Below are positions 9,562 to 18,649 of a stretch of 64,000 bases of DNA, in pieces. The stretch lies in assembly GCA_963674965.2 (NCBI GenBank), contig CAXXFL010000007.1, positions 128,001 through 192,000 on the forward strand, in the 5' to 3' direction. Every line of letters begins with the position of its first letter. The stretch's first letter is position 1. A program made the position numbers and the translations under genes. The DNA is from a bacterium. GTDB lineage: Bacteria > RBG-13-61-14 > DATKZS01. Under the pieces are notes generated by a model. That model saw nothing but the letters and a program-made list of their open reading frames with translations, was not told the DNA's origin and did no database searches.

Positions 9562-10464
9562 ATGTTAATGTTCTTAGTCATGGAAAACCTGCATATGGCG
9601 GCCGATTGGCTCGCGCTCTCGGGCGCGCTTTGGGCCGGAGCTTCTCTTGGCCATTTCCTTTCCACCGAGGAGTCGGCGGGCCGGCGTTTTCTACTTAAGA
9701 TATTCGCCAGATGGGTCGAGGTCCCGCTGTTGTGGTTCATCTGGGTCGTCTGCCGGGGGCCTCTTAGCTTCGCGCTTAAAATTCCCGGCGCGAGGCCGGT
9801 GCTCGGGACCCTGGTAACGAGGCCCTTCGGTCTTTGGATGGACACGGGCGTTCCCGTTCCCACCAAGGACGTGATGAAGATGATCGACGCCCTTGACGGC
9901 CGCGTGGCGGTGGGCGACTGCCGCTGCCGCCTGGCCAAGAAGACCTGCGACCATCCCATGCGGGCCGATATAGTTTTCCGGACGGGCGCCGAGGCCTGGC
10001 TCTGGGCCTTCCCCGACCACTACCGGGAGATCGGCAAGGAGGAGGCGAAAAAGATCGTGCTCGAATGCTCGGAACAAGATATGTTCCAGATGGTCTTCAT
10101 CCACTGCTCGACCCGGACCCACGTGAACGAGTACGTGCTTTGCAACTGCTGCGCCTGCGGGTGCAAGGTCCACCTCCTCAACCGGACCATGGGCCAGGAG
10201 TACTTCCCCATGCGGGACGGCGGGTTCAGGAGCGTCCATAACCCCGACAAGTGCGAGCGTTGCGGCAAGTGCGTCGAGAAGTGCCCCTTCCAGGCCATAA
10301 CCCTGACCGACAACGGAATAAGGATAGGCGAGTGCTTCGGGTGCGGCCTGTGCGAGCGCGTGTGCGAAAACGGGGCCTACGAGGTAATCAAGAAGCTACC
10401 CGGCCCGGACTGGTCGCAGGAAGCCTGGAGGGCGCTGGATAAATCGGAACTGAAAGGAAGCTGA
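9562..10464 (+). CDS. Cys-rich 4Fe-4S ferredoxin-domain protein (start uncertain)
   Basis: CRCR, CNCCACGC, CERCGKCVEKCP, CFGCGLCERVC. Confidence 0.85.
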   Translation: MLMFLVMENLHMAADWLALSGALWAGASLGHFLSTEESAGRRFLLKIFARWVEVPLLWFIWVVCRGPLSFALKIPGARPVLGTLVTRPFGLWMDTGVPVPTKDVMKMIDALDGRVAVGDCRCRLAKKTCDHPMRADIVFRTGAEAWLWAFPDHYREIGKEEAKKIVLECSEQDMFQMVFIHCSTRTHVNEYVLCNCCACGCKVHLLNRTMGQEYFPMRDGGFRSVHNPDKCERCGKCVEKCPFQAITLTDNGIRIGECFGCGLCERVCENGAYEVIKKLPGPDWSQEAWRALDKSELKGS

Positions 10465-10489
10465 CGTATATATCCAAGGAGGGAGAGAT

Positions 10490-12448
10490 ATGTATCCACA
10501 AACCCAGGATGAGATAAAAGACACGAACAGGAACCTGGCCATCGGGTATGGGGTCGCCATGGTGGTGGCCTATATAGTCGGGTTCGGGGCCATGATTCCG
10601 GGCATGGTCAATTCCTTTGTCAAGGGCTTTGAAGAAATACGCGAGCCCCGGGCCTTGGTGGGGGCGGGCGAGAATCTTTACATAATCGAGAGATTGCACC
10701 GGATCGGAAAGATATTCGACTCCAAGGACGACCGGGAAGTCATCAATATATCCTATAAAACAGAGGACGGCTGGGCTGAGGGCCCCGCCATCGACGCCGG
10801 AGAGAAATTCGTTCCCCTGGGGAACTCACTCCTGGTCTTTACCGATGAAACCATGCTGGTCATCGAGGGCGACACGGTAAGGGGGGAATATCCCTATCCT
10901 CCGCGAGCGTCTTCCGAGGCCGGCTCTTCCCCAGGCGACACGATCGAGGTGGATAGCCCGGAGGGACTGGAGGATTATTATAACGCCGTATCCCACATGG
11001 GGGGCGTGGCCATTTTGGAGATGCCGAGTTATGACTTCCTGCGGCTGTCTTTTTTAAACTCGGAGCTCGAGGAGGAATGGTCCTTTGACGTGGACGTCCC
11101 GATCGAGGTCGGAGAGGATGATGGGTCTTATTACGGAAGCATTTATAGCGTTTGCTCGAATGGAGAGGACCTTTATCTTTACGCCTCCGGCCACGACAAC
11201 CTGGTCACCTGGAAGATCGATATCGAGAACAAGGCGCTTGGTCCCATGTCCGCCGAGACCCTGGAAGATGAGGGTTATTATTACGGGTCGTCCTTGTCCA
11301 ACGCGGCGGACCGGACGATATTTTTCTACGACTCCAGGAAGGACCCGGTAAAGGAAAAGAAAATCTCTTACCGCTTTATGGAACTCTCGCCGGATGGAAA
11401 GTGGACCGAGCTGCCCGAATTGAAGTTTCCGCCGAAAAAGGCGGCCTTCGAGTTCGTGCAAAAGGCCATGGTGACCGAGCAAGAGGGCCGGCTCCAGTTC
11501 GCTTCCATCGGGACGCGGTCTTTGTGGATGGAACTGGCGGACGGGGAATGGAAAGACAGGAGCGACGAGCTGCCGAAAACCTTTGGCTTGCCCGTGAACA
11601 ACATGTTCGGGAGCGTTTTCTCCAACATGAACGCGTCCATGCAATATGGCAATTTAATCACGTCCCTCGTGCCGGCCCTTTTCGGATTGATCGCCCACTT
11701 CCATTTCCTCTCGCGCAAAAACCCCCGCGTGATCATGGGAGAAAACGCCGGAGAGCTGGCCTCGATGGGAAGGCGGACCATGGCCTTTGGCATAGACATG
11801 TCGTTTTTCCTGGTCCCCATGGTAATTGCCACCTGGTACGTCACGAAGCGCTTGCCCGACATGCATGACGCGCGCGATATGGCCTTCCCGCAATCTTCGT
11901 TTTATGGGGTAATAATGCTTGCCACCTTCGCCGAGATGGTCCTGCCGCCACTTTATTTCATCGCCTCCGAGGCTATATGGGGAAGGAGCCTGGGCAAGGC
12001 GATCATGGGGATAAGGGTGGTCATGGCCGACGGCTCGAAGCTTACGGGCATGGCGGCGGTGATCCGGAACGCGCTTCGGCTGGTGGACATGATGGCTTAT
12101 TATATCCCGGTGATCGTCTCGGTGGCGGCGACGCAAAAGTACCAGCGCATAGGCGACATTATCGGCAAGACCGTGGTTGTTCGCGACCGTAAAGGCAAAT
12201 ACATGGAGAGGCTGGGGGAGGAGGAACTCCGGATGGAAAGGGAGCGCCAGGCCGCCGAGCAAGCCCGGGGCGTCCCGCCCGGATACCCTCCCTTCGGTCC
12301 CGGCCCCTATCCCGGCGCTCCCCCCGGAGTTTACTACTCCCAAATCACCGGCCCCGCCTCGCCCCCCGGCCCGGCCCTCCCCGACGAGCCGCCCCCCCTG
12401 CCGACGCCGGAGGGGGGAGATGGTACTGAAGGTGAAGGACAGCCATAG
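10490..12448 (+). CDS. RDD-family membrane protein with large extracytoplasmic domain and Pro-rich tail (paralogue 1)
   Basis: N-terminal TM; ASMGRRTMAFGID, GRSLGKAIMGIRVV, QRIGDIIGKTVVV RDD motifs. Confidence 0.88.
   Translation: MYPQTQDEIKDTNRNLAIGYGVAMVVAYIVGFGAMIPGMVNSFVKGFEEIREPRALVGAGENLYIIERLHRIGKIFDSKDDREVINISYKTEDGWAEGPAIDAGEKFVPLGNSLLVFTDETMLVIEGDTVRGEYPYPPRASSEAGSSPGDTIEVDSPEGLEDYYNAVSHMGGVAILEMPSYDFLRLSFLNSELEEEWSFDVDVPIEVGEDDGSYYGSIYSVCSNGEDLYLYASGHDNLVTWKIDIENKALGPMSAETLEDEGYYYGSSLSNAADRTIFFYDSRKDPVKEKKISYRFMELSPDGKWTELPELKFPPKKAAFEFVQKAMVTEQEGRLQFASIGTRSLWMELADGEWKDRSDELPKTFGLPVNNMFGSVFSNMNASMQYGNLITSLVPALFGLIAHFHFLSRKNPRVIMGENAGELASMGRRTMAFGIDMSFFLVPMVIATWYVTKRLPDMHDARDMAFPQSSFYGVIMLATFAEMVLPPLYFIASEAIWGRSLGKAIMGIRVVMADGSKLTGMAAVIRNALRLVDMMAYYIPVIVSVAATQKYQRIGDIIGKTVVVRDRKGKYMERLGEEELRMERERQAAEQARGVPPGYPPFGPGPYPGAPPGVYYSQITGPASPPGPALPDEPPPLPTPEGGDGTEGEGQP
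12066..12419 (+). repeat. 354-bp direct repeat, copy 1 (identical to 14060-14413)
   Basis: Base-by-base visual comparison found no differences. Confidence 0.9.
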
Positions 12449-12510
12449 TTGTAGAGATTTGAAAGATTATTGAAGTCCTTTGCCGATGTAATAATCCAAG
12501 GAGAAAAGGG

Positions 12511-14451
12511 ATGTATCCGGAGACTTTGGAAGAAGTAAAAAACATTAACAGGAGAACGGCCGTTGGCTATGGGATTGCTATGGTTGTGGCATACCTGTTG
12601 GGTTACGGTTTGCTGATTCCAGCCGCGGTCAATTCAATAGTGAAAGGCATTGAAGGATGGCATGAACCATTGGCCTTAGTCGGGGCCGGAAAGAATTTGT
12701 ATCTTATCGAAAGCTCAAAACGGATTGGGCGGATTACCGACTCGAAAGACGATCTGAAAGTCAGCAATATTTCATATATGACCGATGGAGGTTGGGCAAA
12801 AGGTCCAGTGATTGCCAAGGCTCATTATTTCGTGCCATTTGGAGACTCCCTCTTGGTTTTCGCTGAGGAATCGATATCTTCGGTCGAGGGGGGCGAGGTA
12901 AAGGGAGAATATTCATATCAGCCGGAAGAAAAGTACTATAACTATTGCGGCGTCGTATCGCATAAAGGAGGCTTTGCCATATTATCCAAGCACTTTTATA
13001 AGAATTTATTACGATTCTCTTTTTTTAACTCTGAACTCAAAGAAGAATGGTTTTTCGAAATGGGAGACCCGATTCCAGCGCTGAAAAAGTCTAACTTTGA
13101 ACATTACATTGGAAGGTCATACCACATTTGTTCGAATGGAGAAGACCTCTATTTATTTTTATTTTCGGAGAGCCGTGAGGTGTTTTTTTGGAAGGTCGAT
13201 ATCGAGAACCTGAAACTCGGGCCACGATACTCCGAAACTCTGGGTCAAGGTATCCCATACGACTTTTCCATGTCGACAATCGAGGATAGGACGATATTTT
13301 TTTACGATACCAGGGAGACAATAGAAGAAAAAATAGTATCCTTCAGGCTCTTGGAATTATCTCGAGAAGGGAGATTCAGCGATATATCCATTTTGACATT
13401 GCCTCCGAAGGAGCAAGATAGATACGTCTTATTGGAACCTTTAGTATCCGAATATAAAAATAATATCCAGTTCATCTACTTTGACAAGAGAAGTTTTCTT
13501 GCCGGATGGATGGAACTGGTGGATGGCGATTGGATCGACATGAGCGATAAACTTCCCAAGGATTTTAATAAGCATGAAGAGAAGATGTTAGAGATGATTT
13601 ACGCCGACATGAACGCTCCCATACAGATCAGCAACCTCATCCCCCTGATTGTGCCATTTTTAGTAGCTTTGATAGCTCACTTCCATTTTAAAAGCATTAA
13701 GAACCCTCGCGTAATAATGGGTGAGAGCGCGGGGGAGTTGGCTTCAATGGGCAGAAGGACTATCGCCTTCGGTATAGACATATTCTTTTTTACTATTCCG
13801 GTTTTGATAGCCACATGGTTCACGATGAATGATACGACCAATATTACCAGGACTCTTAACGGACCGCTTACGGTAACACCTCCACATTATTCTATATTTG
13901 GCCTGATGATGCTCGCGAGCACCGCTCGGATGCTCCTGGGTCCTCTATACTTTTTCTCCACCGAGGCCGTTTGGGGAAGGAGTCTTGGCAAGGCGATTAT
14001 GGGTATTAGGGTGGTCATGGCCGACGGCTCAAGAATTACTCGCAAAGCGGCGGCAACCAGGAACGCGCTTCGGCTGGTGGACATGATGGCTTATTATATC
14101 CCGGTGATCGTCTCGGTGGCGGCGACGCAAAAGTACCAGCGCATAGGCGACATTATCGGCAAGACCGTGGTTGTTCGCGACCGTAAAGGCAAATACATGG
14201 AGAGGCTGGGGGAGGAGGAACTCCGGATGGAAAGGGAGCGCCAGGCCGCCGAGCAAGCCCGGGGCGTCCCGCCCGGATACCCTCCCTTCGGTCCCGGCCC
14301 CTATCCCGGCGCTCCCCCCGGAGTTTACTACTCCCAAATCACCGGCCCCGCCTCGCCCCCCGGCCCGGCCCTCCCCGACGAGCCGCCCCCCCTGCCGACG
14401 CCGGAGGGGGGAGGAGAGGAAGGACCGGAGAGTGGAGGGGATGGGCCGTAG
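12511..14451 (+). CDS. RDD-family membrane protein (paralogue 2)
   Basis: Same architecture and RDD motifs as paralogue 1. Confidence 0.88.
   Translation: MYPETLEEVKNINRRTAVGYGIAMVVAYLLGYGLLIPAAVNSIVKGIEGWHEPLALVGAGKNLYLIESSKRIGRITDSKDDLKVSNISYMTDGGWAKGPVIAKAHYFVPFGDSLLVFAEESISSVEGGEVKGEYSYQPEEKYYNYCGVVSHKGGFAILSKHFYKNLLRFSFFNSELKEEWFFEMGDPIPALKKSNFEHYIGRSYHICSNGEDLYLFLFSESREVFFWKVDIENLKLGPRYSETLGQGIPYDFSMSTIEDRTIFFYDTRETIEEKIVSFRLLELSREGRFSDISILTLPPKEQDRYVLLEPLVSEYKNNIQFIYFDKRSFLAGWMELVDGDWIDMSDKLPKDFNKHEEKMLEMIYADMNAPIQISNLIPLIVPFLVALIAHFHFKSIKNPRVIMGESAGELASMGRRTIAFGIDIFFFTIPVLIATWFTMNDTTNITRTLNGPLTVTPPHYSIFGLMMLASTARMLLGPLYFFSTEAVWGRSLGKAIMGIRVVMADGSRITRKAAATRNALRLVDMMAYYIPVIVSVAATQKYQRIGDIIGKTVVVRDRKGKYMERLGEEELRMERERQAAEQARGVPPGYPPFGPGPYPGAPPGVYYSQITGPASPPGPALPDEPPPLPTPEGGGEEGPESGGDGP
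14060..14413 (+). repeat. 354-bp direct repeat, copy 2
   Basis: Identical to 12066-12419. Confidence 0.9.
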
Positions 14452-14506
14452 GATACCTATGAAGCGAGCCATCATCTAAAGCAACGCTATGCGAGGAGGA
14501 CCAAAG

Positions 14507-16159
14507 GTGTATCCCGAGACCGACCAGGAGATAAAAAGAACCAACGTCAGGCTGGCCGTTGGTTATGGCGCTATTATGGTAATGGCCTACGTGGCGGCTT
14601 ACGGCCTTATCTATAAATACTGGTCAATCCCGAAGATGTTGGAGTTAAAAAAGAGCGTGGAAATTGCCATGCCCTTGGCCATAGTTGGGGCGATAGACAA
14701 TCTTTATTACGTTGAAAAATATGAGAAACCCATCGATACCTCCAACCTTCCTCCCCCGTGGAATAATGCCATGGCCTCTGAGTCGTTCACAAGAATTTTA
14801 TACAAGACAGAAAACGGATGGGGAGAGGGCCCCTTGATCGATTTTTCCCAGGAGTTTGCTCCCTTCGGCAACGGGCTTTTGGCCTTTTCCTTTAACAAGA
14901 TATTTTGGATAGAACGGGACAAGGTGTTAGGAGAGTATCCGTTTACGGGGACGCCGCGTTTCAAAGTGGCCGGCCACAAGGGCGGCGTGGCCGTCTTGAC
15001 CATGCCGAGCGATTCGGACTTCATAAATATCCGCCATCTGGATTCCCGGTTGGAGGAAAAATGGTCGTTTGAGCTGGAAGTTTCCGAAGAGGGCGGGGGC
15101 AAGAAGTACGGGGTTGGGGATTCCTTTTTCATCTCTTCAAACGGCAAAGACCTCTACCTTATATCATGCAAATACGGCGCTCTTACTTGCTGGAAAATAG
15201 ACGTGGAGAATGAATCTTTGGGCCCCGCCAAGTCGATGGATCTCAATACGATATTCGATTATCATTCCAACATCGCGGACGAGACCATTATCTCTTACCG
15301 AGTCGAGGAGTCGGGGTCTTCAGAGGTCGTCTACAGGATATTGGAAATGAAGGAAAACGGAGAATGGGCGGACCTTACTCCCTGGAGGACAGGGAAAGAT
15401 GGACGGTGGATGGATTTTCGAGGCCTGATGATAACCAGGTACAAAGAACGCCTGCAGTATTTATATCGGGGCGCGAACGCGTCTTCCGGCTGGATGGAGT
15501 TGGCGGACGGAAAATGGCGGGATAGAAGGGACTATATCCCGGAAAGTTTCGGAAATCCTTTCAGCCGAGTACTCCCGATCTTAAACGTTTCCATGCTGAT
15601 TAGCGACGTGGTCTTTTTCCTGATACCGGCAATTACTGTGCTGGCGGCGCATTTTCATTTCAGGTCCCGGAAAAATCCTCGAATAGAGATTGGGGAAGGC
15701 GAGGACGAGATGGCTTCCCTGGGAAGGCGATCCATCGCGTATGGCATTGACTTTGCCGTGATCGAACTCCCTTTTTCTTTTTGTATTTGGCGCTATTTGA
15801 TAAAGTCTCAGGAGCCGGTATTCCTCGGGGACATGGGCTCATTTATTAACGTCTTGTTCACCCTGAGCGCGGCGATCTTGCTTTTTTATTATATATTTCT
15901 GCCCGTATATTTCTTCGTCACCGAGGCAATATGGGGCAGGAGCCTCGGCAAGACGCTTATGGGGATAAGGGTGGTCATGGCCGACGGCTCGAGTGTCACG
16001 GTCAAGGCCGCCTTTATCAGAAACCTGTGCCGCCTGGCCGACCTCCTTACCTGTCACGTGGCCACTATCGTTTCCGCGGCGGCGACTCGAAAGTACCAGC
16101 GGATAGGGGACCTGGCCGGAAAAACCATGGTCGTTCGCCAAGGGGGGCGGGAGGAGTGA
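14507..16159 (+). CDS. RDD-family membrane protein (paralogue 3, no Pro-rich tail)
   Basis: GAGGAGG RBS then GTG giving the shared MYPET start; ASLGRRSIAYGID, QRIGDLAGKTMVV. Confidence 0.88.
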   Translation: MYPETDQEIKRTNVRLAVGYGAIMVMAYVAAYGLIYKYWSIPKMLELKKSVEIAMPLAIVGAIDNLYYVEKYEKPIDTSNLPPPWNNAMASESFTRILYKTENGWGEGPLIDFSQEFAPFGNGLLAFSFNKIFWIERDKVLGEYPFTGTPRFKVAGHKGGVAVLTMPSDSDFINIRHLDSRLEEKWSFELEVSEEGGGKKYGVGDSFFISSNGKDLYLISCKYGALTCWKIDVENESLGPAKSMDLNTIFDYHSNIADETIISYRVEESGSSEVVYRILEMKENGEWADLTPWRTGKDGRWMDFRGLMITRYKERLQYLYRGANASSGWMELADGKWRDRRDYIPESFGNPFSRVLPILNVSMLISDVVFFLIPAITVLAAHFHFRSRKNPRIEIGEGEDEMASLGRRSIAYGIDFAVIELPFSFCIWRYLIKSQEPVFLGDMGSFINVLFTLSAAILLFYYIFLPVYFFVTEAIWGRSLGKTLMGIRVVMADGSSVTVKAAFIRNLCRLADLLTCHVATIVSAAATRKYQRIGDLAGKTMVVRQGGREE

Positions 16160-16211
16160 CGCGAACGGGCTTCCCTTTGATTTTCTTGATATAATGCACG
16201 CGTGAAAGGAG

Positions 16212-16424
16212 ATGGTAATGAACAAAGCGAGGTTTATGGCGTGTTGCGCCGCTTTGGCGGCCTTGTTTATATCCGGAAGCGCGTGGGCAAAGAAGCCTCT
16301 CAAGACTTTCTCGCCCGCGGGTGGCGCGGATAGCTCGACTATCCGCGCGGCGAAGCCGTTGGATATTTATGTGCGCGCCCGGAGGACCGTCGCCCCCTTT
16401 CCCGCGCCTTCGGCTCCCCGATAG
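16212..16424 (+). CDS. Short signal-peptide ORF, possibly a gene remnant
   Basis: TGnTATAAT (16187-16195), AAAGGAG RBS, signal peptide ending AWA; the remainder runs through palindromes. Confidence 0.4.
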   Translation: MVMNKARFMACCAALAALFISGSAWAKKPLKTFSPAGGADSSTIRAAKPLDIYVRARRTVAPFPAPSAPR

Positions 16425-16438
16425 GCGAGCTATCGGGG
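16324..16438. repeat. Inverted pair of REP-like palindromes (core GATAGCTCG[A/C]CTATC)
   Basis: Hairpins at 16324-16348 and 16416-16438 share core and loop in opposite orientation. Confidence 0.55.
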
Positions 16439-16491
16439 CCACCCGCAAAGGCAGGCCCGACTGGCGCCAACCCCGCGTCTCGGGGCCGCGG

Positions 16492-18300
16492 TCAGTCCTG
16501 GAAGTATTCCTCCTTCATCTCGAGAGTGAGACCATCCGAGTTCTGGAGGCGGGCGAAAAGTCCCCTGGTCTTGGGCAGCTCGTACTCGAAGAAAAAACGG
16601 GCGGTCATGATCTTGCCGGTATAAAAGTTCACGTCCGCCTCGGAGGTTTTCGAGGCGAGGGCCTTTTTGGCGGCCAGGGCCTGGAGCAGCCACTGCCAGG
16701 CGATGACGACTACGCCGAAGGCCTCGAGGTAGAGGGTGGCGTCGGCCAGGAACAGGTCGATCTCTCCCTTGATGGCCAGGTCGGTAAGGCTTTTCGTGGT
16801 CAACCCCAGCTTGCCCAGGGCCTTCTCGAGGGACTCGGCCAGGGCCTTGAATTCATCCACTCCCTTGGCCTCCTCGATGGTCTTATTCGTCTCGGCCATG
16901 AAGGTCATGAAGGCCTTGCCGTTTTTCATGACCACCTTGCGGCCGAGCAGGTCCATGCCCTGGATGCCGGTGGTCCCCTCATGGATGGGATGGATGCGGG
17001 TGTCCCGGTAATGCTGCTCGAGGGGAAACTCGTCGCAGAAGCCGTATCCGCCCAGGCATTGAAGACCGGCGCTGACGGAAAGGACCCCCATTTCGGAGGG
17101 ATAGGTCTTGACGGCCGGAGTGAGTATTTCCAGGAGAAGCTCGGATTTTTCCTTTTCCTCCTCGTCCTCGCTGACGTGGGCCACGTCGCTCAGCTTGGCG
17201 CAATAGGCCGCAAGGGCGAGGGCCCCCTCGACGACGGCCCGCTGGAACATGAGCATCCTCTTCACGTCGGCGTGGTTGATGATGGGAATCTGCGGTTTCA
17301 GCGGGTCCTTTTCCATGATCCGTCTTCCCTGGGGCCTCTCCCTGGCGTACTCGAGGGACGCGTAATAAGCCGCGTTGGCGATGGCCGCGGCGCTCATGCC
17401 CACGTCGATCCTGGCCTCGTTCATAAGCTGGAACATGTACCTTATGCCCTTGTGCTCCTCCCCCACCAGCCAGGCCCGGCACTCGTCGTTTTCGCCGATG
17501 GCCAACTGGGTAAGGGGAGACCCCTTGTATCCCATTTTATGGTAGATGCCGGCGCAGGATATATCGTTGAAGACCAGATCTCCATTTTCTTCCGGCCGGT
17601 ACTTGGGCACGACGAAGAGGGATATGCCCTTGATGCCGGGAGGGGCGCCCTTGATCCTGGCTATCATGAGATTGACGATATTCTCCACTCCATTATGGTC
17701 GGCGCAGGAGATGAATATCTTCTGCCCCTTCATAAGGTAATAGCCCTTGTCCGTGGGATGGGCCGTAGTGGTCAGGTCGGTAAGCGAGCTTCCGGCCTGG
17801 GGCTCGGTCAGTGCCATGGTGCCCTGCCACTCGCCGGAGATCATTTTGGGAAGGTATCTATCCTGCAGCTCTTTCGAGGCGAAAGATAAAAGAAGGTGAG
17901 CGGCCCCCGCGGTCAGGAAGGGGAACACGCTGGCCGAGTAATTGGCCGCGCTGAAGACGTAGCGGAACATGCTCATGATGGTGTTGGGCATCTGCTGGCC
18001 GCCCATGTCGTAGGGGAAATGGGCCCCGATCCATCCGCCCTCCCCGCAGGCTTTCATGATCCCCCTTACGGAGGGATGGACCCTGACCTCGCCGTCCACC
18101 AGTTCGGGCGGCTCCCGGTCCATCTCGGCGAAGACGGGCCAGAGCATTTCCTTGCCCATGCGAATTCCGGTCTCGAGGACCATGTCGAAGACCTCGCGGT
18201 CGTGGTCCTGGAAATAGGGATACCTGGTAAGGGACTCGGCGTCCAATACCTCATACAACAGAAACTTGAGGTTTCTCTCGCTGACGAATTTCTCGGCCAT
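16492..18300 (-). CDS. Acyl-CoA dehydrogenase
   Basis: GTMALTEPQAGS, GQKIFIS, MNEARI, GLQCLGGYGF, IHEGTTGIQGMDL; RBS supports ATG at 18300. Confidence 0.95.
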   Translation of the reverse strand: MAEKFVSERNLKFLLYEVLDAESLTRYPYFQDHDREVFDMVLETGIRMGKEMLWPVFAEMDREPPELVDGEVRVHPSVRGIMKACGEGGWIGAHFPYDMGGQQMPNTIMSMFRYVFSAANYSASVFPFLTAGAAHLLLSFASKELQDRYLPKMISGEWQGTMALTEPQAGSSLTDLTTTAHPTDKGYYLMKGQKIFISCADHNGVENIVNLMIARIKGAPPGIKGISLFVVPKYRPEENGDLVFNDISCAGIYHKMGYKGSPLTQLAIGENDECRAWLVGEEHKGIRYMFQLMNEARIDVGMSAAAIANAAYYASLEYARERPQGRRIMEKDPLKPQIPIINHADVKRMLMFQRAVVEGALALAAYCAKLSDVAHVSEDEEEKEKSELLLEILTPAVKTYPSEMGVLSVSAGLQCLGGYGFCDEFPLEQHYRDTRIHPIHEGTTGIQGMDLLGRKVVMKNGKAFMTFMAETNKTIEEAKGVDEFKALAESLEKALGKLGLTTKSLTDLAIKGEIDLFLADATLYLEAFGVVVIAWQWLLQALAAKKALASKTSEADVNFYTGKIMTARFFFEYELPKTRGLFARLQNSDGLTLEMKEEYFQD

Positions 18301-18649
18301 TTTATTTGTCCTCCTGACGATTTGTTCCGACCAGCAGATTATAACAGCGCCTTCACTGAAATTTCCAAATTGCCGGGCCTCGATTCTCTCGCTCCATGGC
18401 TTTTGACTTGGACGCGCGTCGCCGGGCAAATCCTTTTTACTTCCAAAAGCCGTGTTTGACTTGCCCTTGGGCCGGTGTTAAATTGCTTGATGATTCCCGG
18501 CGGTAAGAACGGCAACGGCCCCGATGACCGCTCTTTGCGTTTTACGGCCAGCCAGGCGCCGTCGCCGAGCGGGGAGCCAGCCGATCGGACCCGCTTATTT
18601 TTCCGCCGGGACGGTTTATAATTCACCAGGTCCGGAAAGGAAGCGTACC

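Noticed and set aside
12066..14413. Diversity-generating retroelement template/variable repeat pair
   Set aside because: Copies are identical with no adenine-specific differences, and no reverse transcriptase is present.
18627..18644. CAGGTCCGGAAAGGAAGC resembling the SRP RNA loop
   Set aside because: Extra A, no following AGC, no long flanking helix; doubles as the fadH RBS.
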